Below, one piece after another: positions 7,355 through 17,596 of a stretch of DNA of 64,000 nucleotides. Under the pieces are notes generated by a model. The model did no database searches, was not told the origin of the DNA, and saw only the letters and a list, made by a program, of their open reading frames with translations. Origin of the DNA: a candidate division FCPU426 bacterium (GTDB lineage Bacteria; Oederibacteriota; Muellerivitia; Muellerivitales; Muellerivitaceae). The position numbers were made by a program, and so were the translations under genes. Every line of letters starts with the position of its first letter. The stretch's first letter is position 1. The stretch covers positions 76,294 to 140,293 of the forward strand of contig CAVTWJ010000018.1 of the NCBI GenBank assembly GCA_963738405.1, in the 5' to 3' direction.

Positions 7355-10300
7355 ATGATCTCTGACCAATCAATCCGAACCCTAGTCACACATGACCACG
7401 AGACCCTCTTTGCAGTGGATGCGGGAGCGGGCACGGGTAAGACCACACAATTGGTCGCCCGGCTTATCGCCCTATTACTCGAAAAGAAGGTTCCTTTAAG
7501 CCGCATCGCGGCCATTACCTTCACTGAAAAAGCTGCCGCGGAGTTGGCCCAACGTCTGCGCTTTAAACTTGAGGAAGCTCTCCCAAAATATCCCGAACAG
7601 AAAGCCCTGATCCTGAAAGCCTTAGAGGACATGGAGCGGGCCCCCATTTCGACCATCCATTCCTTTTGCGCTGGGTTATTGAAGGACTACCCGGTTGAGG
7701 CCGGAGTAGACCCTCAATTTGCCCTGATGGATGAAGTTCAATCAGGCGCTTTCGAGACCCAGACCTGGGAACATTGGCTGAAAAAGAACCTTTCCCAACC
7801 CGTCGAGCCCCTCTTCCAGTTCCTCCGCCTGGGCGGGACCTTCGAGCATGTGGATGAATTGAAGCAGTTCCTCAAGCGAAACCGGACCCTTCTGAAAACC
7901 CCTGAAAAACAAGCTCTTCCTTCGGTTGAGCCATTCCGCAAGGAGTGGAAAGAATTCCTCATCTGGAGCAAACAAGCCGCGAAGGACTGTAAAGACCACA
8001 AAGACAAGTTGTATGAAGCCCTCGAAACCTTCTGGGCCGAGAGCCAGGTTCAGGAATCCTCGAAGCCGGAGGAAGCGGATTTTAACCTCGCTTTGTTGGA
8101 TATCCCCAAGGTGAAAAGAACGGGCAATCAAAAGGCCTGGGATAAGGCGGTCTTGGACGAGATTCGCCTGCGTTTTGAGGGGCTCGCGGAAGACCACACT
8201 TCCGCCTTTGCGCCTTTCCGTGAAGCGGTGTTGTTGAACCTCATCCATTGGATTGGGGGTTACCTGACAGAATGGGAAACCCAGAAGGCTAAGAGCGGTT
8301 TCCTCGATTTCGACGATCTACTTTTAAAAACACGGGACCTCTTGCGCGACCACCTGGACAGTCGGGAAGAGATCAAGAAACGGTTCGACACCCTCTTCGT
8401 GGACGAGTTTCAGGACACCGACCCTTTGCAGGTGGAGATCGTGTTTTTCCTCTGTGAGTTGCAGGGTCGCCATGAAAAGGATTGGAAAAAAGCTTCTCTT
8501 GAACCTGGAAAATTGTTTTTGGTAGGTGACCCCAAGCAAAGCATCTACCGGTTCCGGCGGGCGGATGTAGCCATCTATGAAGCCACCAAAGAACGCATTT
8601 TAGCCAACGGGGGGAAGGTCGAGGTTCTGACCGAGAACTTCCGCACTGTGGGCGGGTTGGTGGAGTGGGTCAACGAGCGGTTCCTTCCTCAATTCGAAGG
8701 TTCGGGCATCACCTATCGAGCCCTGAACGCCAGCCGGGAGAAAGGTAAGACAGAAGGCACGCTTCCCATTCTTTGGGGGCTGAAGGTCCCTGTGCCGGAG
8801 GGTTCGGAAGACACCAAGGCCTTTTACCGTCAGCAGGAAGCCGAGTGGGTGGCGGCCTATTTGAAAGACCAGATCCTTCAGGGTGGGTGGACCGTCGCGG
8901 ACCCCAAAACGCATGAGCGGCGGGCCGTTCGGGCGGGGGATATCGCCCTGTTATTCCGGGACCTTTCCAATGACAACGAAGAATACTGGGAAGAGGCCCT
9001 GCGCAAGCGGGACCTGCCCTACCAGATCATCGGGGGCAAGAGGTTCTACAACCGGCCCGAGATTGTGGCCCTCTCCACTCTCCTCACTTGTCTTTCCTCG
9101 CCTGCGGATGAGGCGGCCTGCGTGGCGGTTTTACGGGGACCCCTCTTTGGGTTCTCGGACGAAGAATTGTTCCTTCATCGTGCTGACAAGGGTTCTTTCC
9201 TGTTTCAAGAAGATGCGAAAGAAAAGATGGGAAAAGCCTTTAAGTGTTTACGGGATTGGTTCGACGCCACCCGCACGCTCGGCGTATCGGAAACCTTGAG
9301 CTACCTCTACGAACACACCAACCTCTTAGCCATCACCGCCGGGCAACCCCACGGGGAACAGCGGGTCGCCAACCTCATGAAGGTCTTAGACCAAGCGCGG
9401 AACCTTGAAACCACCCAGCATTTCACCTACCGGGCTTTCACCCAGTGGCTGACCACCCAGCAAGAAGAAGGAACCTTAGAGGGCGAGGCGCCGGGGCCCG
9501 ATTCCTCCGAGGACCGCACCGGTGTCTTTTATGACACCGGTACCGACAAAACCAGCGCCTCGGCTGGTGGCCTCGGCGCAGATCGCATCACCCTCATGAC
9601 CATTCACAAGGCCAAGGGGTTGGAATTCCCCATCGTGTTCGTTTCCGCCTGGTCATCGGACCCCAAGGATTCGGGGAGCCTGGTGGACCGCAAGGCCATG
9701 GTGGGCGCTTTCAAAGTTGGCCGAGCCGACTTAGGCTTAAAGACCACAAATTACGATTCGGTCAAAGAAGATGAAGAGCTTCAACAACTAGCCGAAAACA
9801 CCCGATTGCTCTATGTGGCGGCCACCCGTGCCCGGGACTGTCTTTTACTGCCCCATTTCCAAATGCCTCTCGAGTGCAAATTCCAAAACGAAAACCTTTT
9901 TGCGGGGCCCCTCTTGAAGGCCTTGGAAGAAAAGGACTCGCCAGTGCGGTCTGCGCCGAGGCCACCAGCCGAGGCGGAAGATTTGACGATACTGGCGTCA
10001 ATAAAGACGCCAGTGCGTTGGGCGGAACCGGATAGTATCAAAGAGTCGCTGGGCGACCCGGCCGTTTGGTCGGTGAAACTGAACGTGGACCCGAAAGACC
10101 CGGCGCTTAAGGCGGAAAAAGAAAAACTCGTTTCCGAAAATCAAAAACGCACAGGTCTGATCGAAAGGATGATGGGCAAGCGAACTTTTCAATCGGTTAC
10201 TTCGGTCCTCGCTGTGGATGAAGATAAGAAAGGAACCGAAGAACGCATCTGGGAAGGGCCTGAGCCTTCTTCCCCCTGGGGTGGAAAGGAATTGGGTTCC

Positions 10301-10735
10301 TTCACCCATCTACTTTTGGAAAAGGCCTGGGATTGGAAACCAGCCCAAATCCCTCAGGCCGCGGAATATTACGGTGAAAAGATGGGTCTTTCACCTGAAC
10401 AAAGGGCGGAGGCGGCCCAGTGGGTCGAACAGACCCTTTTGAACCCTCTCATCCAAAGGGCTAAAAAATCCGAAAGGGCCTTCCGGGAATTGCCCCTTAC
10501 GGGAAAATATGAAGATGATTTTTTGAACGCGGTGCTCGACCTGGTCTTTTTGGAAGAAGGGAAATGGGTCATTGTGGATTACAAAACCGACCGGGACCCG
10601 AACAAGTTAGCCGAAAAATACGGGAAGCAATTAAAACATTACGCCAAGCTTTTGGAGCAGACCACCCAAATACCCGTCAAAGAAGCCCATCTCCTCTTTA
10701 TCCGGGAGAATCGGGCCCAAGCTGTCCCCCTTTAA
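7355..10735 (+). CDS. addA: AddA-type UvrD/Rep-family helicase-nuclease subunit
   Basis: It has a Walker A motif (AGAGTGKTT) and UvrD motifs (DEFQDTDP, TIHKAKGLEFP). A C-terminal RecB nuclease motif (IVDYKTDRD) is present. Confidence 0.85.
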   Translation: MISDQSIRTLVTHDHETLFAVDAGAGTGKTTQLVARLIALLLEKKVPLSRIAAITFTEKAAAELAQRLRFKLEEALPKYPEQKALILKALEDMERAPISTIHSFCAGLLKDYPVEAGVDPQFALMDEVQSGAFETQTWEHWLKKNLSQPVEPLFQFLRLGGTFEHVDELKQFLKRNRTLLKTPEKQALPSVEPFRKEWKEFLIWSKQAAKDCKDHKDKLYEALETFWAESQVQESSKPEEADFNLALLDIPKVKRTGNQKAWDKAVLDEIRLRFEGLAEDHTSAFAPFREAVLLNLIHWIGGYLTEWETQKAKSGFLDFDDLLLKTRDLLRDHLDSREEIKKRFDTLFVDEFQDTDPLQVEIVFFLCELQGRHEKDWKKASLEPGKLFLVGDPKQSIYRFRRADVAIYEATKERILANGGKVEVLTENFRTVGGLVEWVNERFLPQFEGSGITYRALNASREKGKTEGTLPILWGLKVPVPEGSEDTKAFYRQQEAEWVAAYLKDQILQGGWTVADPKTHERRAVRAGDIALLFRDLSNDNEEYWEEALRKRDLPYQIIGGKRFYNRPEIVALSTLLTCLSSPADEAACVAVLRGPLFGFSDEELFLHRADKGSFLFQEDAKEKMGKAFKCLRDWFDATRTLGVSETLSYLYEHTNLLAITAGQPHGEQRVANLMKVLDQARNLETTQHFTYRAFTQWLTTQQEEGTLEGEAPGPDSSEDRTGVFYDTGTDKTSASAGGLGADRITLMTIHKAKGLEFPIVFVSAWSSDPKDSGSLVDRKAMVGAFKVGRADLGLKTTNYDSVKEDEELQQLAENTRLLYVAATRARDCLLLPHFQMPLECKFQNENLFAGPLLKALEEKDSPVRSAPRPPAEAEDLTILASIKTPVRWAEPDSIKESLGDPAVWSVKLNVDPKDPALKAEKEKLVSENQKRTGLIERMMGKRTFQSVTSVLAVDEDKKGTEERIWEGPEPSSPWGGKELGSFTHLLLEKAWDWKPAQIPQAAEYYGEKMGLSPEQRAEAAQWVEQTLLNPLIQRAKKSERAFRELPLTGKYEDDFLNAVLDLVFLEEGKWVIVDYKTDRDPNKLAEKYGKQLKHYAKLLEQTTQIPVKEAHLLFIRENRAQAVPL

Positions 10736-12834
10736 CTTCCTAACCCCAACTGTCCCATTTCATATTTCAACCAGGCGTTTCCCGGGGAAAGCTTCTGGGC
10801 CTTTTGGAAAATCTTTTTAGCTTCCGCTTTTTCGCCTTCTACGGCCAAGAGCTTGCCGTATTTTTCACATAGAGTCGCATCCTGGTAGCTTTTCCCAAAA
10901 GATTGATGGAATGTTTCCGAGAAATTATTCCAATTCGCCCAGTTATCCCCCGGGAAAAAAGTATTTTCCCAGGAAAAATTAAAAGCCAGTTTTTCGAAAT
11001 AACAAGATTGAAGAAAGGGGTCGGAAGGGATGGAGGGATAGGCCTGTAACATTTTTTCAAGGACCGCTTGGTGGGGTTTGCCGGTGGGGATATCCACCGA
11101 TTCCAAATTGATCTCCTGCTGAAACGTGTAATAACTTTTCCATCGCTCCAGGAAGGTCCTATTTACCGGAGTCACCGGTAAAATCCCGAGCGCGTGCCGG
11201 CTCAAGACCCCGGGTTGAGGGGTCCCGCCGTTGATCCAACGGCAGTCAGGGAGAGCCTGGGATAAAAAGGGTAGATAGTGGGTTTCCGTAAAGACCGCCG
11301 CCCATTTCACGTCTTGTCCCAGACGCTGGTTCCAGGCCGCGTTGAAAGGGTAGGAACAATAGGCCAGCGAGTAATTTTGGGGGCTGGGAACCATATCCGA
11401 AAAGATCCAACCGGGTCCCTCCGCCCTCGCCAGGTTGTCCAGACTCCTATATCCGTCCCGGTACTCGCTGAAATCGACCTGGGCGGGATTCGGAAGAAAT
11501 AACCGATTGAGGTCCCAAACCGCCGAAGAACCCAGCACCACGACCAGCAGGAGGGGACGTAATCGGCCTGGCAGGGATAAGACCAAGGTTTCTATTCCCA
11601 AGGCCAAAAAGATCAGCAGAAGGGGTAACGCTAGGAGCATCCGGTGGGCTTCCAGGTCCCTGGATAAAAGGCCGGGCAGGAGGAAGATGGGAAAGGCAAC
11701 CAAAAGAATTTTGGATAGTAATTTAAAGCGCCCTCGGACCATTTCAACGAATCCCAAAAGGAAAGCCGATCCCAATAAGGCGTTTAATAGCCCCCCTTGG
11801 GGCGCCAATTCCATCCCCGAGGTCCCGCCCCAAAAAATCGCCTGAAGATAACTGAAAGCGACCCGCGCCTGACCCCATAGGGTAAAAGAAGGATCATTCC
11901 AAGCCGCTACTTCATGCAAATGCCCGCCATAGCCCGTCCCAACCGCCGTGAGAAGAAAAGGAACCATTCCCCCCAAAAGAAAAATGAAAAAAAGTCCTCC
12001 GGCGGCCCACTCCGTTTTTTTCCAAAACCATCCGCCTGCCACCCCCAACCCAAATAGAGTTAATACGGGCCAAGCCATAAAGGTATAGGGCCCCAAGCCC
12101 AAGGCCAGCCCCAAGGCGCAGGCCCAAATTTTTCGGGAGGCGGGATTGGGGGACAAAGTCAAACGGCCGAACAGGTAAAGTACCCCCCATTCCCAAAAGG
12201 GAAGCAAAACCCCCGGTTCATCGCACCGGGAAAGAAGAAGGTCCCATAGGTTGAAAGCCGTTATAACCGCGAGGATTCCCGCGAGGGGCCTTGAAAAATA
12301 AAGGCGCGCGGCGGCATAGCTTAAAACCACGGTCAAAAACGAGACCAGGGCCGAGGGAATTTGGATTCCCAGAAGATTCGAACCCGTCAACCTTGCCGCG
12401 AAATAGAAAAGGTAACTGAGCGTGCTGGGAACCTGGCTTAGGATCACAAAAGGTTTCCATTGCCAATGGTCCATCCACTGGATGACCGACAGGGCCAAGA
12501 GGGAAGAGTCCCCTCCCGGCCAGCGGCTTAAGGAACCGATACCCCAAAATCTCACGAGGGCCGCGAACGTCAGGAGGAAAAACCAAACCCAGACTGGGAA
12601 GGAAGCGTTTTCGCCGGAACCCTTGGATCGAAGAAATGAACGATCCCTGGCCGGGGAAGAGGGGGATAAATAAATCAAAAGCAAGGGCAAGGCTAATCCT
12701 AAAAGAAGAATCCGGATTTTGGAGGGTGGGGAAAGCGGAGTCTGGGATAAAAGCGAAAGGCTGGCGGCCAGTATGATAAAACAAAGCCAAGCGGGAAATG
12801 GAATCGACCGGGCTGTTATTTTGTTTTTTTTCAC
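10732..12834 (-). CDS. polytopic membrane glycosyltransferase-like protein (GT39/ArnT-like fold) with a C-terminal TPR-like tail
   Basis: About 12 hydrophobic segments are followed by a soluble C-terminal region. It is a paralog of 30845..32881. Its 3' end overlaps the addA stop, so the two genes converge. Confidence 0.55.
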   Translation of the reverse strand: MKKNKITARSIPFPAWLCFIILAASLSLLSQTPLSPPSKIRILLLGLALPLLLIYLSPSSPARDRSFLRSKGSGENASFPVWVWFFLLTFAALVRFWGIGSLSRWPGGDSSLLALSVIQWMDHWQWKPFVILSQVPSTLSYLFYFAARLTGSNLLGIQIPSALVSFLTVVLSYAAARLYFSRPLAGILAVITAFNLWDLLLSRCDEPGVLLPFWEWGVLYLFGRLTLSPNPASRKIWACALGLALGLGPYTFMAWPVLTLFGLGVAGGWFWKKTEWAAGGLFFIFLLGGMVPFLLTAVGTGYGGHLHEVAAWNDPSFTLWGQARVAFSYLQAIFWGGTSGMELAPQGGLLNALLGSAFLLGFVEMVRGRFKLLSKILLVAFPIFLLPGLLSRDLEAHRMLLALPLLLIFLALGIETLVLSLPGRLRPLLLVVVLGSSAVWDLNRLFLPNPAQVDFSEYRDGYRSLDNLARAEGPGWIFSDMVPSPQNYSLAYCSYPFNAAWNQRLGQDVKWAAVFTETHYLPFLSQALPDCRWINGGTPQPGVLSRHALGILPVTPVNRTFLERWKSYYTFQQEINLESVDIPTGKPHQAVLEKMLQAYPSIPSDPFLQSCYFEKLAFNFSWENTFFPGDNWANWNNFSETFHQSFGKSYQDATLCEKYGKLLAVEGEKAEAKKIFQKAQKLSPGNAWLKYEMGQLGLGS

Positions 12835-12978
12835 TCGTCACTTTTCCAGGGGGGATGATCGGGGTTAAAGAGAACCATTCGATTTTATCAACTCTTTCCC
12901 CGCGCCTTATCAGTTTCGTCCTAAATATTTTGTGTTATCCGCTTTTGTAATGGAAAGTCCGAACCCTAAAATAGAGCG

Positions 12979-13911
12979 ATGACCCATCCCCATTCCACGA
13001 ACCATTCGCATCGATCCGAGACCCGTGAGCCAAGCGAGCGCATCCGCAAAACCCGAATGCTCTGGGCCATTGGGATTACCGGGGCCATCCTGATTTTAGA
13101 GGCGGTGGGAGGCGTGGTTTCGGGCTCGCTGGCCCTTCTTTCCGATGCCGGGCATATGCTGACCGACCTGGCGGCGCTTCTGATTTCCCTCGCCGCCATG
13201 ATGATGGCCGAGTGGCCCGCCAGTTCCCAGCATACCTACGGGTGGGCCCGCCTGGAGGTCTTGGCGGCGCTGGGCAACTCCATTACTTTCTTCTTTATGG
13301 TCGCCGGGGTGGGATGGGAAGCCATCCACCGCCTCTCCCATGCCGTTCTCCCCGACTGGAAGACCATGGGGCTGATCGCCTTCATCGGGCTTTTGGCCAA
13401 CGCACTTTCCGCCTGGTTCCTCCACGGCTCGGAGGAAGAAGATTTAAATATGCAAAGCGCCTGGATACACGTTCTGGGGGATTTGGCCTCCTCTGCCAGC
13501 GTTTTGATTGGGGTGACGGTCATCGCCGAAACCGGATGGGTCTGGGTGGACCCGATCTTGAGTTTGGGGATCGCCCTTCTCATCGGCTGGAGCGCCATTA
13601 AGCTTTTCAGGAAGGCCCTGCGGATTCTTTTGGAATCGGCGCCCCATGGCATCGCGCCCGAAGCGCTCCGTGAGGATCTGTTGAAGGAAATCCCCGAAAT
13701 CAAGGAAGTGCATCACGTGCATTTATGGGAAGTGGGTTCGGGGGAGATTCACTTGACGGCCCATTTGGTGGTGGAGGACCAAGCCTTGAGCCGGGTTCAG
13801 GAAATTATCCGCAAAGCCTCCCACCGGCTGGAGGAACACCAAGGCATTAGGCATTCCACCCTTCAAATGGAAACGATGATCCGCGTACCCATCAAGGGCC
13901 CGGCCGAATAG
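12979..13911 (+). CDS. cation diffusion facilitator (CDF) family metal efflux transporter (CzcD/ZitB-like)
   Basis: It has a His-rich N-terminus and six transmembrane segments with HxxxD-type motifs (HMLTDLAA, HVLGDLAS), then a C-terminal cytoplasmic domain. Confidence 0.85.
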   Translation: MTHPHSTNHSHRSETREPSERIRKTRMLWAIGITGAILILEAVGGVVSGSLALLSDAGHMLTDLAALLISLAAMMMAEWPASSQHTYGWARLEVLAALGNSITFFFMVAGVGWEAIHRLSHAVLPDWKTMGLIAFIGLLANALSAWFLHGSEEEDLNMQSAWIHVLGDLASSASVLIGVTVIAETGWVWVDPILSLGIALLIGWSAIKLFRKALRILLESAPHGIAPEALREDLLKEIPEIKEVHHVHLWEVGSGEIHLTAHLVVEDQALSRVQEIIRKASHRLEEHQGIRHSTLQMETMIRVPIKGPAE

Positions 13912-13921
13912 CCGTTTTTCC

Positions 13922-14284
13922 TCACCCGCCCCCCGTGCCGCTCAGCCATTCCTCCAATTGAACTTGAATGGCGGCCAGGCGTTTCACCCAGCGGTCGTGT
14001 AATTCATCGGATAACAGATTCTTTTTCAAACAGAGGGACATGAGGGGCACGCATTCATGGGCAAGCCCTAAGGCTTCCTTGAGATGCCGCTGGGTCTTGA
14101 GGGCGCTGGAGGAGGCTTTGGCCCGTTGGACCTGCTCCGGGAGCTCGTGAATCTGCCGTTTCAGACGGGAGACGGCCTCGTTTTTAACGGCCCAGGGAAG
14201 ATGCTGGTAAACCTTGTTGACCTCGCCCGCCAGGGCCTCGCATTGGGCCGGCAAGTCCAAATCCAGAAAATCGGAACGCGACAT
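13922..14284 (-). CDS. hypothetical helical protein (120 aa)
   Basis: This is an ORF downstream of hpnE. The sequence looks like amphipathic helices, and I recognise no family. Confidence 0.3.
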   Translation of the reverse strand: MSRSDFLDLDLPAQCEALAGEVNKVYQHLPWAVKNEAVSRLKRQIHELPEQVQRAKASSSALKTQRHLKEALGLAHECVPLMSLCLKKNLLSDELHDRWVKRLAAIQVQLEEWLSGTGGG

Positions 14285-14319
14285 GCATCCTCCTCAATGG
14301 GGAAAGCCTCAAGACTATT

Positions 14320-15657
14320 TTAAGGCTTTGGCTGGAGGAAGGATCGTACTTTCTCGGCGGCTCGGTGGCCTGAGAAGCAAGCGCCCTCAATGGTGGCGGG
14401 AAGGCCGGTGGCGGTGAAATCCCCGGCCAAAAACACGTTTTCAAAAACCGTTTCGCAGGTGGGGCGACACGAGACGTTCTCCGGGGTTAATTCGACTGTC
14501 GCGGCCATTTCCTTCACTACCTTGGAATGAAGTCTTTGGGCGCCTTGAGCCAGGGGAAAATGGCGCTGTAATTCTTCCACGGCCGTCACCAAAAGTTCCT
14601 TATCGTTTTTCACGGCCAAATCCATGTCCGCGCTGGCGACCAGGCTTAAATATTGTCCCGGGCCTGCGTAGCCCCAATTGGCGTTGCGGTTGAAGACCCA
14701 CTCGAAATGGGCGCCGGGGAGCCCGGCCCAATGGCCTTTCATCACAGGCCGGTCGAGCAAGAGATTTACGGAAAGAATCGGAGAGCGGCCCATTTGTTCT
14801 GCCGAAACCGGGGAGGGAAGATCGGACGTGGTCCAGAGGGCCTCCAGGGACCGGGGGGGGAGGGCCAAGACGAGGGCGTCGCCGGAGAAAATTTTGCCCG
14901 AGGCTGTTTCTACCTCGAAAGGTCCGCTGACCAGCCGGAGGTGGCGGGCCCCATCCCCCAAATGGATCATTCCCCCTTTTTCTTTCAAGTAGCTTTCAAC
15001 TTTGGGAAAGGCCAATTCGCTTAAGGGTTTGGCGGGCAGGGCGATAGCGCTCTGGGCGCGGGTTCCAAAAAAGGCCCTGTGCAGGGCCTCCCCGAATTCC
15101 AAAAGGGAGGATCGTTCGGGCTGCAGGTTCATGACGGCCCGGCAGAGGGGATCCCAGAATCTTTCACGGGAAATCGGCCCCTGACGGGTATGGACCAAAA
15201 ACTGGCCCACCGTTTGGAGGCCCTTAGCAATTGAAAAGGGGCGCCGGGCGAAGGGCTGGAGCGCCCGGGCCAGGGAAAGTTTTTCCCCCATGGGAAAGGC
15301 CTTGGTTTTCAGCAAGCCCACCGCCAGATGGAAGGGAGCCGGAAGATTGGCGCAGGAAAAGGAGGCGGGTACGCCGCCGGGGCTCATCCAGGTGATTTCC
15401 AGCGGGTTGATCCAATGGAAGGAGTTTTCGAATTCCAAGCGCTTGAAAAGCGCCCAGGTGTCTTTGTAACAGCCCAGGAACAGATGGGGACCGTTGTCGC
15501 AGGGAGCTGGAAAGGAATCTCCCGGCGCGATGGTGTAGACCCGGCCGCCGAGGGAAGAGCGGGTCTCCAAAAGTTCCACCCCGATTCCCTGCTCGGCCAA
15601 GGCGGTGGCGGCGGCCACCCCGGAGTAACCTCCTCCCACCACAATAACCCGGCTCAT
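14320..15657 (-). CDS. hpnE: FAD-dependent hydroxysqualene dehydroxylase HpnE (amine-oxidase/phytoene-desaturase family)
   Basis: The N-terminus is a dinucleotide-binding motif (VIVVGGGYSGVAAA ... LGGR). It is the last gene of the hpnC-hpnD-hpnE arrangement. Confidence 0.75.
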   Translation of the reverse strand: MSRVIVVGGGYSGVAAATALAEQGIGVELLETRSSLGGRVYTIAPGDSFPAPCDNGPHLFLGCYKDTWALFKRLEFENSFHWINPLEITWMSPGGVPASFSCANLPAPFHLAVGLLKTKAFPMGEKLSLARALQPFARRPFSIAKGLQTVGQFLVHTRQGPISRERFWDPLCRAVMNLQPERSSLLEFGEALHRAFFGTRAQSAIALPAKPLSELAFPKVESYLKEKGGMIHLGDGARHLRLVSGPFEVETASGKIFSGDALVLALPPRSLEALWTTSDLPSPVSAEQMGRSPILSVNLLLDRPVMKGHWAGLPGAHFEWVFNRNANWGYAGPGQYLSLVASADMDLAVKNDKELLVTAVEELQRHFPLAQGAQRLHSKVVKEMAATVELTPENVSCRPTCETVFENVFLAGDFTATGLPATIEGACFSGHRAAEKVRSFLQPKP

Positions 15658-15676
15658 GCGTTTTCTCCCCCGGGCC

Positions 15677-16513
15677 TCAAGCGAATACCTTCCCCAGCGA
15701 ACAGCGGCCCAGGGCGCCCACCACCGAAAGAACCTTATCCGCGCGGGAAAGGGATCTTTTTCCCTCGAGTATGGTGAAGGGTTGGTCGTAAAGCCGCTGG
15801 TAGAGCTTCACATAAACTGCCGCGATGGCCTCGGCGGTGGGAAGCTCAGCCCTTTGTTTAGTGGAAAGGGCGGCGCGGGATTTCAACAGGAAACCCAGGG
15901 CCCTGTCCAATTGGAACCGTACGAAGGCCGGCCAATGGGAATCGCCCTTTTGAATGTTTTCCGGAACCAGATGAAATTGACGAAAGTCGGAAAGGGGGAA
16001 ATAAAGCCTCTTGAATCCTAGGTCTTCCTTAAAATCGCGGGTCACGTTGACGAGCTGGAGAAAAACACCGAGGTTTTCGGCATAGACCCGGTGGGCTTCA
16101 TCCTTAAACCCGAATATTTCCATGCTAGCCAAACCAGGCCCTCCCGCCACTTGCAGGGCGTAAGAATGGAGTTCCTTGAAATTTTTAAATCGCAGGGGTT
16201 TTAAATCCCTGGCGATGCCGTTCAAGATGCGTTCCAGAGGCTCGGACGAAAGGTTGAAATCCCGGATCACTTCCTGAAATGAGGTAAACAGGGGATCTTT
16301 CGATTTTTGCAAAAAAGCTTTTTTGAGTTCCGCCCTGAACCGGGCGAGCCGGGATTTCTTTTGGGCGGAGGTGCCTTCCCCGTCGGCGATCTCGTCCGCG
16401 TTCCAGCAAAAACGGTAAAGGGACTCCATGGCTGCCCTTTTTTGGGGGGATAGAAGAAGGAGGGGGAAATAAAAACTCGATTTTTTTTCCAGGGAATCTT
16501 TTTGGGGATTCAC
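15677..16513 (-). CDS. hpnD: presqualene diphosphate synthase HpnD (squalene/phytoene synthase family)
   Basis: It has the SSFYFPLLLL block characteristic of HpnD and Asp-rich motifs of the trans-isoprenyl diphosphate synthase head-to-head family. Confidence 0.8.
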   Translation of the reverse strand: MNPQKDSLEKKSSFYFPLLLLSPQKRAAMESLYRFCWNADEIADGEGTSAQKKSRLARFRAELKKAFLQKSKDPLFTSFQEVIRDFNLSSEPLERILNGIARDLKPLRFKNFKELHSYALQVAGGPGLASMEIFGFKDEAHRVYAENLGVFLQLVNVTRDFKEDLGFKRLYFPLSDFRQFHLVPENIQKGDSHWPAFVRFQLDRALGFLLKSRAALSTKQRAELPTAEAIAAVYVKLYQRLYDQPFTILEGKRSLSRADKVLSVVGALGRCSLGKVFA

Positions 16514-16549
16514 GCGGCTTCCTTCAAGGGATATGTGATTGACTTTTTC

Positions 16550-17446
16550 CTAGGGCCGGACGAAACCGGCCAGGGATCGGAGGGCCAGGAGAGCCTTGTC
16601 CAAGGCGTTCCAGGAGGGCCTTTCCTGAAGCACATTGTAGTCCAGGGCCCGAATTTTCGAGAGGATTCCCTGGCCTCCCAGATAGGTGGCGCGAAGCTCC
16701 ATCAGGAACCTGCCCCGGACGGCCTCCAGTAAGGGGAAACCCCGCCGGAAATAGTTATCCGTGAATCGGACCGATTCCCTCACCAAGGCGCGAACCTGTG
16801 GGGAGTCCCTTAAAGCCAAGAGGTTGGAGGGTTTGACCCCGGCTTTTTTAAGTTCCGCCAGCGGGTAATAGATCCTTCCCCTTTTCAAGTCGATGGCCGA
16901 ATCCTGCCAGAAATTAATGAGCTGAAGACCCGAGCAAATAAAGTCCGACCAAAGGTGAAGTTTTTTTTCCCGGTAGCCGGAAATGTATAGCACCATCCTT
17001 CCCACGGGGTTGGCGCTGTGGCGGCAATAATAGAGAAGGGAATTCCAAGTGGAATAGCGGTGGATCTTAAGGTCCATGCGGTAGGCTCTCAATAGGTCCA
17101 AAGGCAGGGACGTTGGTATCTGAAAGGTTCGAAGGGTATGGGCGAAGGCTTTAAGAACCGCTGGAGAATCTTTCCCCTGGAGGGCTTTTCCCAAACCCCT
17201 TTCCCAGGCGTCGATTTCTTTCAACCTTCGGCCCTCGTATCTTTCCTCATCGGCGAAATCATCTGCGGTACGGGCAAAGGCATAGAGGGCGGCCACGTGG
17301 GGCCGGGATGCTTTGGGAAGAAGCAGGGAAGCGACCGGAAAATTCTCATAACGCGCCGAGGCTTGGTTTTCACAGGCCCGGTAGGCTTCTTGCAAATGTA
17401 CAGGAATGGGATAATTCACACCCCAAGGGTAAAGGGGTAGGGGCAA
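16550..17446 (-). CDS. hpnC: hydroxysqualene synthase HpnC (squalene/phytoene synthase family)
   Basis: It has the YENFPVAS motif and DDFADE, typical of HpnC. It is the first gene of the operon on the minus strand. Confidence 0.8.
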   Translation of the reverse strand: MPLPLYPWGVNYPIPVHLQEAYRACENQASARYENFPVASLLLPKASRPHVAALYAFARTADDFADEERYEGRRLKEIDAWERGLGKALQGKDSPAVLKAFAHTLRTFQIPTSLPLDLLRAYRMDLKIHRYSTWNSLLYYCRHSANPVGRMVLYISGYREKKLHLWSDFICSGLQLINFWQDSAIDLKRGRIYYPLAELKKAGVKPSNLLALRDSPQVRALVRESVRFTDNYFRRGFPLLEAVRGRFLMELRATYLGGQGILSKIRALDYNVLQERPSWNALDKALLALRSLAGFVRP

Positions 17447-17596
17447 AACGGAAACCCTAATTTTAGGACTTTTTCTTTACAAGGATTCATTCGGGATAGA
17501 TTTAGCCCAAATTCAACTTTTTATTTGAGATGGTTTGGAGAAAGACGTCGTTTTGTTTGATAAAATCCAGTCCGCATCCCTGGACCAAAATCTGAC

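Noticed and set aside
12941-12970. ggaaagtccg motif resembling the RNase P RNA P4 core
   Set aside because: The surrounding intergenic space is only about 135 nt. The flanking sequence lacks the rest of the P4/P10-P12 conserved elements, so I take it as a chance match.
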